DNA of 64,000 nucleotides from Candidatus Woesebacteria bacterium (GTDB taxonomy: Bacteria; Patescibacteriota; Microgenomatia; UBA8517), in the NCBI GenBank assembly GCA_013374835.1, contig CP055307.1:813304-877303 (forward strand), written 5' to 3'. Made by a program: the position numbers and the translations under genes. Numbering within the stretch: the first letter of the stretch is position 1; the number at the start of each line of letters is the position of its first letter. Below the pieces are notes generated by a model that saw only the letters and a list, made by a program, of their open reading frames with translations, was not told the DNA's origin and made no database searches. This document shows positions 18,690 to 28,566 of this stretch, in pieces.

Positions 18690-19700
18690 CTAGATTAATT
18701 TCACTATTTCTTTTGCCAGCTTATCTGAGTCATGCCTTATAAGAGACCTTCTTAATTTATCTCCTTTTTGCGACCTATATATATTTTTTGAAACCAAATC
18801 TTTTAATACAACTTTTAATTTACTGTTTGATTTCAAGTCGTTTACTACGTATTCCGAGTGGGCTTTTTTGTATTTTTTCAATACTTCTTTGGGAAAAGTT
18901 TTGTTTCTGTTAACCAGACAAACATCGACAACTTCTCCCCCCAAATATTTATTGATCTCATTAAGATAATCAGAACTTCTAAAACCCATTGTCTGTCCAA
19001 ATTTATTCATCAGATTTACAATAAAAATTTTTTTAGCGGCTGAAGAACGAATTGATTTTGCCACCCCACCCACCACAAAATTGCATATTATGCTTGTATA
19101 TAGATCGCCGGGACCAATTATTATACAATCGGCCTTTCTTATAGCGTTTATTGCTTCCGGATTTGCTTTGGCAGGAGGAAAAACTTCTATTTTTACAATT
19201 TTTTGATTTCCGTTTTTTTTAACAGGTTCATCAATTAGATGTTCTCCTAAAATTTTTTCTCCATTTTCGTAATGAGCGACGAGATGAGTATTATCAAAAG
19301 TTACAGGTATTACTTCACCGCCAACCCCCAAAAGCCTGCATGTTGCTTTAATTGCTTTTTTCTGGGATCCATAAATATCACTAAGAGCGGCCATGAAGAG
19401 ATTACCAAAAGTCATTCCAGAAATTCCTGTCCCCTGCGAATACCTATATGTAAAAAGTTCTCTTATTATGCCGTTTGCGTCTTCTGATGCAAGCGCTACT
19501 ATGCACTGCCTAATGTCCGATGTAGGAAGGATGCCAAACTCATCCCTTAATACCCTATTGCTACCACCAGAGTCAGTCATTGATACGATAGCAGATATAT
19601 GAACAGGATATTTTTTTAGCCCCTTAAGGACAGTATATGTGCCGGTACCACCACCTATTACGGCAACCCTTGCGGCTTTAGTCGTCCCTTGCTTGATCAT
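18690..19700 (-). CDS. YvcK/CofD-like gluconeogenesis-factor family protein (UPF0052)
   Basis: N-terminal VIGGGTGTYTVLKGLK glycine-rich loop and the overall family pattern. Confidence 0.8.
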   Translation of the reverse strand: MIKQGTTKAARVAVIGGGTGTYTVLKGLKKYPVHISAIVSMTDSGGSNRVLRDEFGILPTSDIRQCIVALASEDANGIIRELFTYRYSQGTGISGMTFGNLFMAALSDIYGSQKKAIKATCRLLGVGGEVIPVTFDNTHLVAHYENGEKILGEHLIDEPVKKNGNQKIVKIEVFPPAKANPEAINAIRKADCIIIGPGDLYTSIICNFVVGGVAKSIRSSAAKKIFIVNLMNKFGQTMGFRSSDYLNEINKYLGGEVVDVCLVNRNKTFPKEVLKKYKKAHSEYVVNDLKSNSKLKVVLKDLVSKNIYRSQKGDKLRRSLIRHDSDKLAKEIVKLI

Positions 19701-20926
19701 TTTTGGGAAGCAAAATAATCAGATAAATATTCTTTGTCTATAAGTTGAACTTGTTCGGAAGATCTTTCTTTTATTTCAACTTTGGAGTCCGTCTTTTTTG
19801 ATACAACTATTCTAATTGGAATGCCTATAAGATCTGCATCTTTAAGTTTTTCTCCAGCTCCTATTTCTCTATCATCCCAAAGGACTTCAATACCTTGATC
19901 TATTAATGATTTGTATAGCTTTTCCGTTTCCTTTGCTCCGGGAAGCTCGAGCAAATGAACATCAAAAGGAGCTATCTGGGGTGACCAGATTATTCCGGAA
20001 TCATCATGGGACACCTCGACCCAAGCTCCAATGGCGCGCGATGTTCCTATACCGTAGCTTCCAAAATAAACAGGTTTTCTTTTCCCGTTTTTATCGGTAA
20101 AGTGAACATTCATTCTTTCAGAATAGTAAGTGCCGAAAGAAAATATATTTCCAACTTCTATTGATTTTGCTTTTGAAATACTGTCCTTTTTGCATAAGGG
20201 ACATTTATTCCCTCCTTTGAAAATCTCTTTATTTTGCGCCCAGCCACAGGATTTACAATAGTAGATTGTGTCCTCGCCAGAATCTGCAATGACCTGAAAT
20301 TCGTGGGTTATATTGTCTGTAAAAACACCTCCGCCCGCTTCCGTAACTATTGTTTCAAAGCCTATTCTAGAAAAAATATTTAAATAAGCTTTTTTGACTT
20401 TTTCATAAAATCCATTTAGATCTTCTTCGTTTTCGTGAATACTGTAAAGATCCTTCATCAAAAACTCTCTTCCACGCAATATTCCAGAACGGGCGCGTAG
20501 TTCGTTTCTAAATTTTGTTGAAAAATGGTAAAGCGCTAGAGGTAAGTCTTGATAGCTTGAGATATGTTTTCTGACGAGATCCAGAAAAATTTCTTCATGT
20601 GTAAAAGAGAGAGCAAAATCTTTCTTTCTTGTATCTTTAAGCTTATACATTACTTCATCAGCCTTGTCCCATCTCCCTGTTTCATTCCAAATCGTTTTTG
20701 GATGCAAAAGAGGCATGAGAATTTCTTGACAGCCGATTTTATTTAATTCTTCTCGGATTATGTTTTCAATTTTATAGACAACTCTTTTTCCCAAGGGAAG
20801 AAGCGTCCAAGAGCCCGTCATAAGCTGATCAATAAAACCCGCTTGAACAAGAAGGCGATGGTTTATACTTTCTGCTTTTTGGGGGGACTCTTTTTTGGTT
20901 CTAGGAAAAAGCTCACTTTGCCTCAT
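19697..20926 (-). CDS. proS: prolyl-tRNA synthetase (minimal form without INS editing domain)
   Basis: SINHRLLVQAGFI; class II motifs HEEIFLDLV...FRNELRARSGILRGREFLMKDLYSIH; Cys4 insertion CKSCG...CPLCKK. Confidence 0.85.
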   Translation of the reverse strand: MRQSELFPRTKKESPQKAESINHRLLVQAGFIDQLMTGSWTLLPLGKRVVYKIENIIREELNKIGCQEILMPLLHPKTIWNETGRWDKADEVMYKLKDTRKKDFALSFTHEEIFLDLVRKHISSYQDLPLALYHFSTKFRNELRARSGILRGREFLMKDLYSIHENEEDLNGFYEKVKKAYLNIFSRIGFETIVTEAGGGVFTDNITHEFQVIADSGEDTIYYCKSCGWAQNKEIFKGGNKCPLCKKDSISKAKSIEVGNIFSFGTYYSERMNVHFTDKNGKRKPVYFGSYGIGTSRAIGAWVEVSHDDSGIIWSPQIAPFDVHLLELPGAKETEKLYKSLIDQGIEVLWDDREIGAGEKLKDADLIGIPIRIVVSKKTDSKVEIKERSSEQVQLIDKEYLSDYFASQK

Positions 20927-20942
20927 TTAAGATAGTATATAT

Positions 20943-22046
20943 TTACTCTATTAGGCTGTCTACAAATTCCGAAAGCGAATTTGCGGATAAAAGTTTTGGA
21001 ATTTCGCCCGCTGTAACTAAAAGCATTAGGAAAAGAAGAACCACCATGCCGGCTATATGAATTGATGATTCAATTTTGGGGAGTATTTTTTTGCCAAGAG
21101 CCGCTTCGATTGATATCAAAAGTACCCGCCCGCCGTCCAACGGAGGAAATGGAATTAAATTCACAAGCGCTAAATTTATTGATATTATTCCGACAAATTC
21201 GATAAGGGGCAGTAATCCTATACTTGCTACTTCTGCTATAAATACCGTCACACCAAGAGGGCCCGCTATTCCCTTTGGCTTTTGTCCTTTGAAAAGTTCG
21301 GAAAAAATAAACTCAAAGCCGGCTATTGTTTTTTCGGAAACATATGCTGCTTTTTGTGCTCCATATTTTGTATAAACGAAAGGTCTTTCAATAACTGGGG
21401 GGTAGTAAATCTCATGTGGTATAAATTGAATACCAAGAAGCCCTTCACCTTCTGGTGATTCTAATCTTATAACTAATTCCACATCTTTGGTCTTTGTAAT
21501 ACCATCCGCTTGGGATTCTACTTTTAGCATTACTGCTTTTCCTTTGTTTTTTGCTATCAGATCCGGAAAATATTCATAGTCCAGATTTTTTTTGCCGTTA
21601 AATTCTACTATCACGTCACCTTTTTTGAGACCTGCGACTTCGGCGGGTGAAGTAACTGAAACATCGGTAATTTGTACTCCGCGCGGAATACCTGTGTACC
21701 AGTATATTATCGAAAAACAAATTATTGCGAAAAGAAAATTCATTAAAATTCCTGCTATTGATATAAAAACTCTTATAAGCTTTGATTTATTAACAAAGGC
21801 TTTTTTCGGTTTAGTTACTCTATCTTCGCCGGACTCACCGTGAAGCCTTACAAAACCTCCAATCGGGAGTGCGTTTAGAGAATAAATAGTACTTCCTATC
21901 TTGACTCCCCAAATCCTTGGAGGAAGACCTATACCAAATTCTTCAACCCACACTCCAAAGAGCTTTGCGACCAAATAATGGCCAAGTTCATGGATGAGTA
22001 TGAGTACAGAAAGAGAAATGACTGCGATTATTATTAAAGAAATCAT
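20943..22046 (-). CDS. rseP: RIP zinc metalloprotease RseP (site-2 protease, M50 with PDZ)
   Basis: HELGHYLVAKLFG HExxH in TM1, a PDZ-like middle region, and a C-terminal LDGG motif. Confidence 0.85.
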   Translation of the reverse strand: MISLIIIAVISLSVLILIHELGHYLVAKLFGVWVEEFGIGLPPRIWGVKIGSTIYSLNALPIGGFVRLHGESGEDRVTKPKKAFVNKSKLIRVFISIAGILMNFLFAIICFSIIYWYTGIPRGVQITDVSVTSPAEVAGLKKGDVIVEFNGKKNLDYEYFPDLIAKNKGKAVMLKVESQADGITKTKDVELVIRLESPEGEGLLGIQFIPHEIYYPPVIERPFVYTKYGAQKAAYVSEKTIAGFEFIFSELFKGQKPKGIAGPLGVTVFIAEVASIGLLPLIEFVGIISINLALVNLIPFPPLDGGRVLLISIEAALGKKILPKIESSIHIAGMVVLLFLMLLVTAGEIPKLLSANSLSEFVDSLIE

Positions 22047-22047
22047 A

Positions 22048-22599
22048 TTAACCTAGAAGTTCTTTTTCTTTTGCCTCCCCCAGTTCGTCTAATAATTTAT
22101 TGTATTTATCGACCAAATTTTGGATACTTTTTTCATGCTGGAATCTTTCGTCTTCTGAGATTTGTTTTTTTTCAAAGCTATCTCGAACTGCGTTTATTGC
22201 ATCAACTCTTATTCTTCTTATCATTATTTTACCCTGTTCGAGCTTTGAGTTTAGCAGTTTAACAAATTTTTGTCTGTCCTCTGTTGTAAGAGGCGGAATT
22301 GAAATTCTAATAATATCACCGTCTATTGAGGGGTTAAAGCCTAAGTTTGCAGCAATAATTCCTTTTCTAATATCGCCGATTATTGATTTATCCCATGGGT
22401 CGATAACTATTGTCTGGGGATCGGGCGATGTAATTGAGGAAAGCTCGATTAATTTTAGTTTTTGTGTGCCGCCATAAGCGTCTATTATGATATTTTCTAC
22501 AAGTGAAGGAGTTGCGCGACCTGTTCTTATGCCCGCAATATCGGACTTAATAAGATTAACAACCTCATCCATCTCATGCTTAATCTTGGCTTCATCCAT
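22048..22599 (-). CDS. frr: ribosome recycling factor
   Basis: Full-length RRF pattern (DAYGGTQKLKLIELSSITSPDPQTIVIDPWD). Confidence 0.9.
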   Translation of the reverse strand: MDEAKIKHEMDEVVNLIKSDIAGIRTGRATPSLVENIIIDAYGGTQKLKLIELSSITSPDPQTIVIDPWDKSIIGDIRKGIIAANLGFNPSIDGDIIRISIPPLTTEDRQKFVKLLNSKLEQGKIMIRRIRVDAINAVRDSFEKKQISEDERFQHEKSIQNLVDKYNKLLDELGEAKEKELLG

Positions 22600-22634
22600 C
22601 TTTGGTTATTATAGCACGAAATAATTTCAAAAAA

Positions 22635-23093
22635 TTATTTACCTATCTCAATTCTCTTAAAACGCCCGAGGCGGATATTCTCTCCGGTTTTTGTAATTGT
22701 TTCTTTTATTAGATCTTCGACCTTTTTTGCAGGGTCTTTAATAAAATCCTGGCTTAGGAGCTCTTTTTCATTTTTGGGGTCCATAGATGCGACCTGCATT
22801 GCAAGGTCCTCACCTAAATTTTGAAAAAGCTCGTTTTTGGCGACAAAATCAGTTTCAACAAGAAGCTCAAGCATACTTGCCACTTTGCCCGTGTGGTGTC
22901 TGTAAACAAAAACAGAGCCTTGGGTAGTATCTCTGTCAGCTCTTTTTAAAACCTTTTCAAATCCTTCTTTTTTGAGAATTTCTATGGCTTTTTTTTCGCT
23001 TCCACCAACTTCTTCCAAAACCTGTTTTACCCTCATTACGGGAGCACCTGTTTCGTCTCTTAATTTTCGTATCTGATCACTATTTATCGCCAT
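22635..23093 (-). CDS. tsf: elongation factor Ts (short form)
   Basis: N-terminal UBA-like QIRKLRDETGAPVMRVKQVLEE. I chose the start at the internal Met to reduce overlap with rpsB. Confidence 0.8.
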   Translation of the reverse strand: MAINSDQIRKLRDETGAPVMRVKQVLEEVGGSEKKAIEILKKEGFEKVLKRADRDTTQGSVFVYRHHTGKVASMLELLVETDFVAKNELFQNLGEDLAMQVASMDPKNEKELLSQDFIKDPAKKVEDLIKETITKTGENIRLGRFKRIEIGK

Positions 23094-23796
23094 TTTTTTT
23101 GAGTTTCTTGTCTTTTCCTTTTCCATCTAAAACCGCTTGACAGAAAAGATCGAGTACATATTCAATCGCTTTTGTCGCGTCGTCATTCATTGGAACAGGC
23201 CAGTTAACGCCTTCCGGGTCCGCGTTTGAATCTACAACTCCGACGATCGGTATTCCAAGCTTATTTGCCTCTTTAACTGCCATAGATTCTTTGTGCGTAT
23301 CCAAAATTACAAGAAGATCAGGCAAGTCTTTCAGGCCGACTATTCCACCAAAATTTTTTTCAAGCTTTTCGATTTGACGAGTCATTAAGAGTCTCTCTTT
23401 TTTTGTGTAGCCTTCTTTTTTGGCAACCTTTATTTTTTCCTTAAGGTCGTTTAGATTTTTGATAGATTTGACGATTTGATCAAAATTCGTAAGTGTACCC
23501 CCAAGCCATCTTTCATTTATATAAGGACAAGAAGTTTTCTCGGCTATTTCTTTTATTTTATCTTTAGCTTGCTTTTTGGTTCCAACAAGAAGGATTGTTT
23601 TGCCGCGTGAGGAAAAGTCTTTAATTGCTTCCAAAGCCTCTTTGAGCAGCTCGTGAGTTTTGATTAAATCAAATACGTAAACTCCGTCTTTAACTGTGTA
23701 CATAAAAGGCTTCATTTTAGGATTCCAACGCTTATATTGGTGTCCAAAATGAGCACCTACTTCAAGCAGCTTATCTAGTGACAATTCGGTTGACAT
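23080..23796 (-). CDS. rpsB: 30S ribosomal protein S2
   Basis: LLEVGAHFGHQYKRWNPKM. The ATG at 23796 is preceded by the SD AAGGAGGT; the track start was an upstream GTG. Confidence 0.9.
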   Translation of the reverse strand: MSTELSLDKLLEVGAHFGHQYKRWNPKMKPFMYTVKDGVYVFDLIKTHELLKEALEAIKDFSSRGKTILLVGTKKQAKDKIKEIAEKTSCPYINERWLGGTLTNFDQIVKSIKNLNDLKEKIKVAKKEGYTKKERLLMTRQIEKLEKNFGGIVGLKDLPDLLVILDTHKESMAVKEANKLGIPIVGVVDSNADPEGVNWPVPMNDDATKAIEYVLDLFCQAVLDGKGKDKKLKKNGDK

Positions 23797-24026
23797 ATAT
23801 TTACCTCCTTGGTCCTCCACTTGCCAGAAGTAATTCAGGAGGTTTCCGGCAAGTGTGTGTTTTTGACTTTTATGATTATAGCAGTTTTAAAAACAAAATC
23901 AAAGAGATAATTATTTTCTATCTAATTGGTATTCTTTTTTGCTTTTTCATAGCAGTAAGTGGCTTCGATTAGTTTTTCCAAGAAAACTTGCGTTTACTTT
24001 TTATTATTAGAAACAAGTAAATAATT

Positions 24027-25280
24027 TTATTTGTAGAATAACTTCACTATACACTCAAGTGTATCAATATCTGTTGGATTCAAATAATAACCTTTATGTC
24101 TCATTTCTTCAGCATACCTTCTGCCTTGGGCCTTGAAAAATTTCCCTAGTTTTTCTTGGCCTGCTCGTATTCTGTATTCAACAAAGTCTTTAGTAATTTC
24201 TGCAAGTATCTGACGATCTTCTGAGGTTAAATTTACGAATTGTTCTTTCTCCGACTGAAGTGAGGATATTATGGTATCAATTTTCCAAGTAATACGAGAG
24301 TACTCTTTTCGGATGATTTCGAGTTGATCTGGCGCAATGTCATTGTTGTATGTCATTATAACAAACGGTAAGTATCTAGCTACAAAACCTAAGCCAATGC
24401 TTTTAGCCTTTTCAAGAGAAATAATTGGTATTTTGGGCAGCAATAGATAAGTATGGTGGAAACCACTTGTTAATAAAGATGTATAGGGAATATTATGTGT
24501 TGCCACTACGGCGCCTTGAGCTAGCGTCAATTCAGATAATTCATACTTTTCTACAATCAGTTCGGGCATGAGCGCAACACCTATTTTTGGATCTAAGACA
24601 TATCCTTCTAGGCCAATTGAATCTAGGGGCAAACCATATTCTCTTACCCTTGAAATCATAACTCTTGGTGGCAATTGATAAAAAAAGCTACGCACATGTT
24701 TAGTATTTTTAGGGTAAATAATTTTGTCTTTTATTAAAGCTTCTCTGTCCTTTGGAATATCTACCATTAAGACGTTTCTTTTTTCTGAATGAAAACGACG
24801 ATTTCCACATACAGTGCAAGAGTTTAAACTAATACTATCAACCGATTGCATGTAACCACAGGCGTTACAAATGTTTACACTCACAGAATCTATATAGATA
24901 ACGCCAGAAGTAAAAAGCAGTCCAATTTTTTTCTCAAGCCAGGTTTTTGTGGTGTCATCATCATCTCTAATTATATCTCTCCCTTCTTTCGGGATTCCTA
25001 ATTCTTTTAAAATATTGTATTTATCAATTAGAAGTGAGGTAGAAAAATCTCTTCTAGATTTATATCGATCTTGCTGGGCTGAAAATGCCTTGTCCATTCT
25101 CACGCCTACACAATTCCATAAATCTACTCTAGGTATTTTCCTTCCAGATTCATATTCGACTACTCTAGTTATATTTTCGGCCACAAGCATAGGAATGAAA
25201 CGATGAACAACTCTCTCGTTTCTCGTGTCAAGGTTCTCAGCCGCTGATGCAGTAATTATTTTCTGCTCAGACTCTATCAT
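24027..25280 (-). CDS. hypothetical protein with internal Cys4 zinc ribbon
   Basis: CNACG-x13-CTVCG ribbon. No other motif recognised. AT-rich flanks on both sides. Confidence 0.5.
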   Translation of the reverse strand: MIESEQKIITASAAENLDTRNERVVHRFIPMLVAENITRVVEYESGRKIPRVDLWNCVGVRMDKAFSAQQDRYKSRRDFSTSLLIDKYNILKELGIPKEGRDIIRDDDDTTKTWLEKKIGLLFTSGVIYIDSVSVNICNACGYMQSVDSISLNSCTVCGNRRFHSEKRNVLMVDIPKDREALIKDKIIYPKNTKHVRSFFYQLPPRVMISRVREYGLPLDSIGLEGYVLDPKIGVALMPELIVEKYELSELTLAQGAVVATHNIPYTSLLTSGFHHTYLLLPKIPIISLEKAKSIGLGFVARYLPFVIMTYNNDIAPDQLEIIRKEYSRITWKIDTIISSLQSEKEQFVNLTSEDRQILAEITKDFVEYRIRAGQEKLGKFFKAQGRRYAEEMRHKGYYLNPTDIDTLECIVKLFYK

Positions 25281-25401
25281 ATTATTAAAAAAATAACTTT
25301 AAAGCCTATAATAGTCTAAGTTTATTTGTATCTTTACAAAATTAGTTATTATATTTTAAGTATAATTTAATATTCAATTTAACATTAATTAACGGATTTT
25401 T

Positions 25402-26913
25402 ATGAAAAAAGAAGAAAAAATTTGTATATACCAAAATGAAGACGGAAAACTTTATATGCCCGATTCTAGGGTTAATATCCAGAAAAGATACCAGGCCCCA
25501 ATCAATGACGTCTTAAGCTTTTTTAAAAAATTAAACAATAAAAATATATATAGTATTTATTTAAGGGGATCTGTTGTTTTCGGATTGGGAATAAAAAATA
25601 TTTCTGATATTGATTTTTTTATAGTAACTTTAAAGCCATTAACTGATTTTGACATACTAGCAATTAAAAAATATGTTGGTAAGTTAAACAGAAAATATTC
25701 TTTTATAACTAGATTTGACATTGGATATTTTACTTTAGATCAAATATTGTCAATGAAAGAGAATGTTCTGATTAAATTAACTTCGGTATGTTTATATGGT
25801 AAGGATATTAAAGAAGAAATTAAGAACCCCAAGCCTGGTAGAGATGTTGCCATTTCCTTACCACACTTAGAAGAAAAGATGCTAAAAACCAAGAATGAAA
25901 TTAGGGCTGGTCTATACGATAAAACGAACACGAAAGCTATGTGTGTATGGATAATGAAGCACATCGTTAGGTCTGGTTTTGAACTCGTGTCTGAGCGAGA
26001 AAAATGTTTTACCAGGGATTTAGGTTTGTGTTTTGAGAAATTTTCAAAGTATTACTTAGACAAAAAGGGGGATATGCATAAAGCATTAACTCTAGCCTTA
26101 GAACCAACAAATAATACTAAAGTAATAGAAAAAATATTTAGTGGCCTGGGTGATTGGTTAGTGTTTGAAGGGAAAAATTTAGGGCTAATTTCTGTTAATT
26201 GTGATGATATAAATAGAATTGTCACCGAGAAGGTTGAATCTCTTTTTGGCAGAGACAGAATTATTTGCTTGCTGCGTTATGGTCCAAAAATCCAATTTGA
26301 CGGTATATCCCCTGCGGATTTTGATTTTTTATTATTGCTTGATAAATATCAAGACAAAGATTACTTGTTGTTATCATTTTTTAAAAAACTAAATCTTCCG
26401 GTAGAAATATTTATCGACTATAGGGATCAAATTCTTTTAAGGGGAATTAAAAATTATCAAAGAGGTCGACATGGATCATACTTCTTTAAAATTCTTGCTT
26501 CGGCAGACACTTTGTTGGGTAAGAATTTTTATAAAGAAAACGAAAGCGAGTTGGATAGAAACAAAATTAATTCAGATTTGTTATATAGAGTTGAAGAATA
26601 TTTTTATAGAATACAAAAATCTGTAATCGATGAACAGAATTCTAGCAAAAAAGAAATAGAAAAATATTTGGGTAGAATTATAACCGATTTACTTTTAGTG
26701 GCTGGTGATATTCAATTCTCAGACATGCATAGATATCACTACACAAGAGTGATGTCTGACATACTAGAACAGACTAATGTCATAAGCGCTGAAACAAAAA
26801 AATTAATAGCCAAACTTCAATCTAAACCACACGTTGATATCAACCTTTTGAGTAGACTTATCGGTGTATTATATAAACAGTATATAGAAATAAGACAGAA
26901 TACTCGATTATGA
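25402..26913 (+). CDS. tandem Pol-beta-superfamily nucleotidyltransferase domain protein
   Basis: Two hG[GS]-x9-13-DxD cores: LRGSVVFGLGIKNISDIDFFIV near residue 50, and LRYGPKIQFDGISPADFDFLLLL near residue 290. Each is followed by a helical region. Confidence 0.6.
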   Translation: MKKEEKICIYQNEDGKLYMPDSRVNIQKRYQAPINDVLSFFKKLNNKNIYSIYLRGSVVFGLGIKNISDIDFFIVTLKPLTDFDILAIKKYVGKLNRKYSFITRFDIGYFTLDQILSMKENVLIKLTSVCLYGKDIKEEIKNPKPGRDVAISLPHLEEKMLKTKNEIRAGLYDKTNTKAMCVWIMKHIVRSGFELVSEREKCFTRDLGLCFEKFSKYYLDKKGDMHKALTLALEPTNNTKVIEKIFSGLGDWLVFEGKNLGLISVNCDDINRIVTEKVESLFGRDRIICLLRYGPKIQFDGISPADFDFLLLLDKYQDKDYLLLSFFKKLNLPVEIFIDYRDQILLRGIKNYQRGRHGSYFFKILASADTLLGKNFYKENESELDRNKINSDLLYRVEEYFYRIQKSVIDEQNSSKKEIEKYLGRIITDLLLVAGDIQFSDMHRYHYTRVMSDILEQTNVISAETKKLIAKLQSKPHVDINLLSRLIGVLYKQYIEIRQNTRL

Positions 26914-27626
26914 CGACGGTAAAATCATCTCAATATAAAAATTTATATTTTACCTATGCTTTATCAAAGCCAAGGCCTTCTTACAATACGATAATAATTC
27001 TTGACGGCTTGCCAAGCAATCCATCTGTTAAGGATCAGCTAATACAAAAACTATCACAACATGGGCTTGATGTCTTTTTCCCAAGGTATGAGGGAACTTG
27101 GGAATCGAGGGGAGAATTCTTAAAAAAGGCCCCAAGCAAAGCTATTATTGAATTTATCAAAGCGTTGCGAAGCGGCATCATCTTAAATGACAAAAAATAT
27201 ATTGCTCAAAAGATATTTATTTTGGGAGCAAGTTTTGGCGGTGGGGTTGCCTTAGATATTGCCGGTCAAAATATTGCCGATAAGATTTGTACCATCTCGC
27301 CGGTAATAAGTTTTAAAAAGGTTGTCGGAATAGATACTTTAGAAAACTATTTAAGAGTGGTATTCCCTAGGGATTATCGCTTTAATCCAAAAAATTGGCA
27401 TAGACTTTTAGAAGATGATCTGTGGAGCCTAGATGATAACAAAATAAAAAATTCTTCTGATATTTTAATCATAGCCGGAGATGCTGATGATCAGATTAAA
27501 AAGGCTGATATTCTCAAATTTGGGAAAAAGAACAAAATCAGAATTAGTATTTATAATCTTGGCCACATAACCCTGAGTAAGATTACAAAACCTATGTTGG
27601 GAGAAATTTTAGGATTCTTTTCTTAA
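26910..27626 (+). CDS. alpha/beta-hydrolase (Ser-Asp-His) coupled to the upstream NTase gene
   Basis: Nucleophile elbow GASFG, later IIAGDADD and LGHITL. The ATGA start overlaps the upstream stop codon. Confidence 0.7.
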   Translation: MTTVKSSQYKNLYFTYALSKPRPSYNTIIILDGLPSNPSVKDQLIQKLSQHGLDVFFPRYEGTWESRGEFLKKAPSKAIIEFIKALRSGIILNDKKYIAQKIFILGASFGGGVALDIAGQNIADKICTISPVISFKKVVGIDTLENYLRVVFPRDYRFNPKNWHRLLEDDLWSLDDNKIKNSSDILIIAGDADDQIKKADILKFGKKNKIRISIYNLGHITLSKITKPMLGEILGFFS

Positions 27627-27656
27627 TAAAAATATTAGAAAATTTTGTTACTGGAG

Positions 27657-28553
27657 TTAACTACTATCTGCTATTAATAACAGATTTGAAAACAGATTAT
27701 AAATAGTAACAGGCCCAACTCCTCCCGGTACGGGGGTGACAAACGATGCCTTTTTTTTAACAGATTCAAAATCAATATCACCCTTTGGGGATCCTACGTC
27801 TATTAAGACGCTACCTTCTTTAATCATATCTTTGCTGATTAGATTCGGAGTCCCTGTTGCGCTTATAACTACATCTGCCGATTTTGTAATTTCGGCAAGA
27901 TTTTTTGTTTTTGAGTTACATTTAAAAACAATTGTAAATTTTTCTTTTTCAAGCAATTTAACCAAAGCGCTCCCTACCATCCCTCTCGCTCCAACGATCG
28001 CTATAGATGAATTTTTACCAATGTTTGAAGCTTGAGTAAGAATATCAAAGACGGCCTTTGCAGTGGGATGAATATATGAATCGCCCCTTAAACCGTCCAC
28101 ATCTTTTTTTCTTGGAATTGTTTTGATTATTCTGGATTTGTATTTTTTAAGCCTTGCCGGCAACGGAAGCTGAACTAAAATACCATGGACTTTTTTGTCT
28201 TTTCTTACCTTTTTAATGTACTTAATTATTTCTGAAGCTTTTGTTTCCTCTTCGAAAAATTTGGCCGTAAATTTAATACCAACTCTTGCCGCCGCTTTCA
28301 TTTTAAGAGAAACATAAAGAGCACTCGCAGGATCGTTTCCGACCATAACCACAACAAGATGGGGGAAAATTCCGTAATTTCTTTTTAATTCCTCGACTTT
28401 ATTTTTTATTATTGATTCTTCCAGTTCAGCCCATCGACGTCCGTTAAAAATTACTGTCATATTCGTTATTTTAGCAAATGATTGGCGACTAATTCTAAAA
28501 AACACAAGTATTGTAACAAAAATAGAGAAAAAAAATAGAAAGCGATATTCCAA
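27657..28553 (-). CDS. folD: bifunctional methylene-THF dehydrogenase/methenyl-THF cyclohydrolase
   Basis: NADP Rossmann motif IVGARGMVG and the FolD family pattern. Carries an extra N-terminal hydrophobic segment. Confidence 0.85.
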   Translation of the reverse strand: MEYRFLFFFSIFVTILVFFRISRQSFAKITNMTVIFNGRRWAELEESIIKNKVEELKRNYGIFPHLVVVMVGNDPASALYVSLKMKAAARVGIKFTAKFFEEETKASEIIKYIKKVRKDKKVHGILVQLPLPARLKKYKSRIIKTIPRKKDVDGLRGDSYIHPTAKAVFDILTQASNIGKNSSIAIVGARGMVGSALVKLLEKEKFTIVFKCNSKTKNLAEITKSADVVISATGTPNLISKDMIKEGSVLIDVGSPKGDIDFESVKKKASFVTPVPGGVGPVTIYNLFSNLLLIADSS

Positions 28554-28566
28554 GAAATAAGATCTG

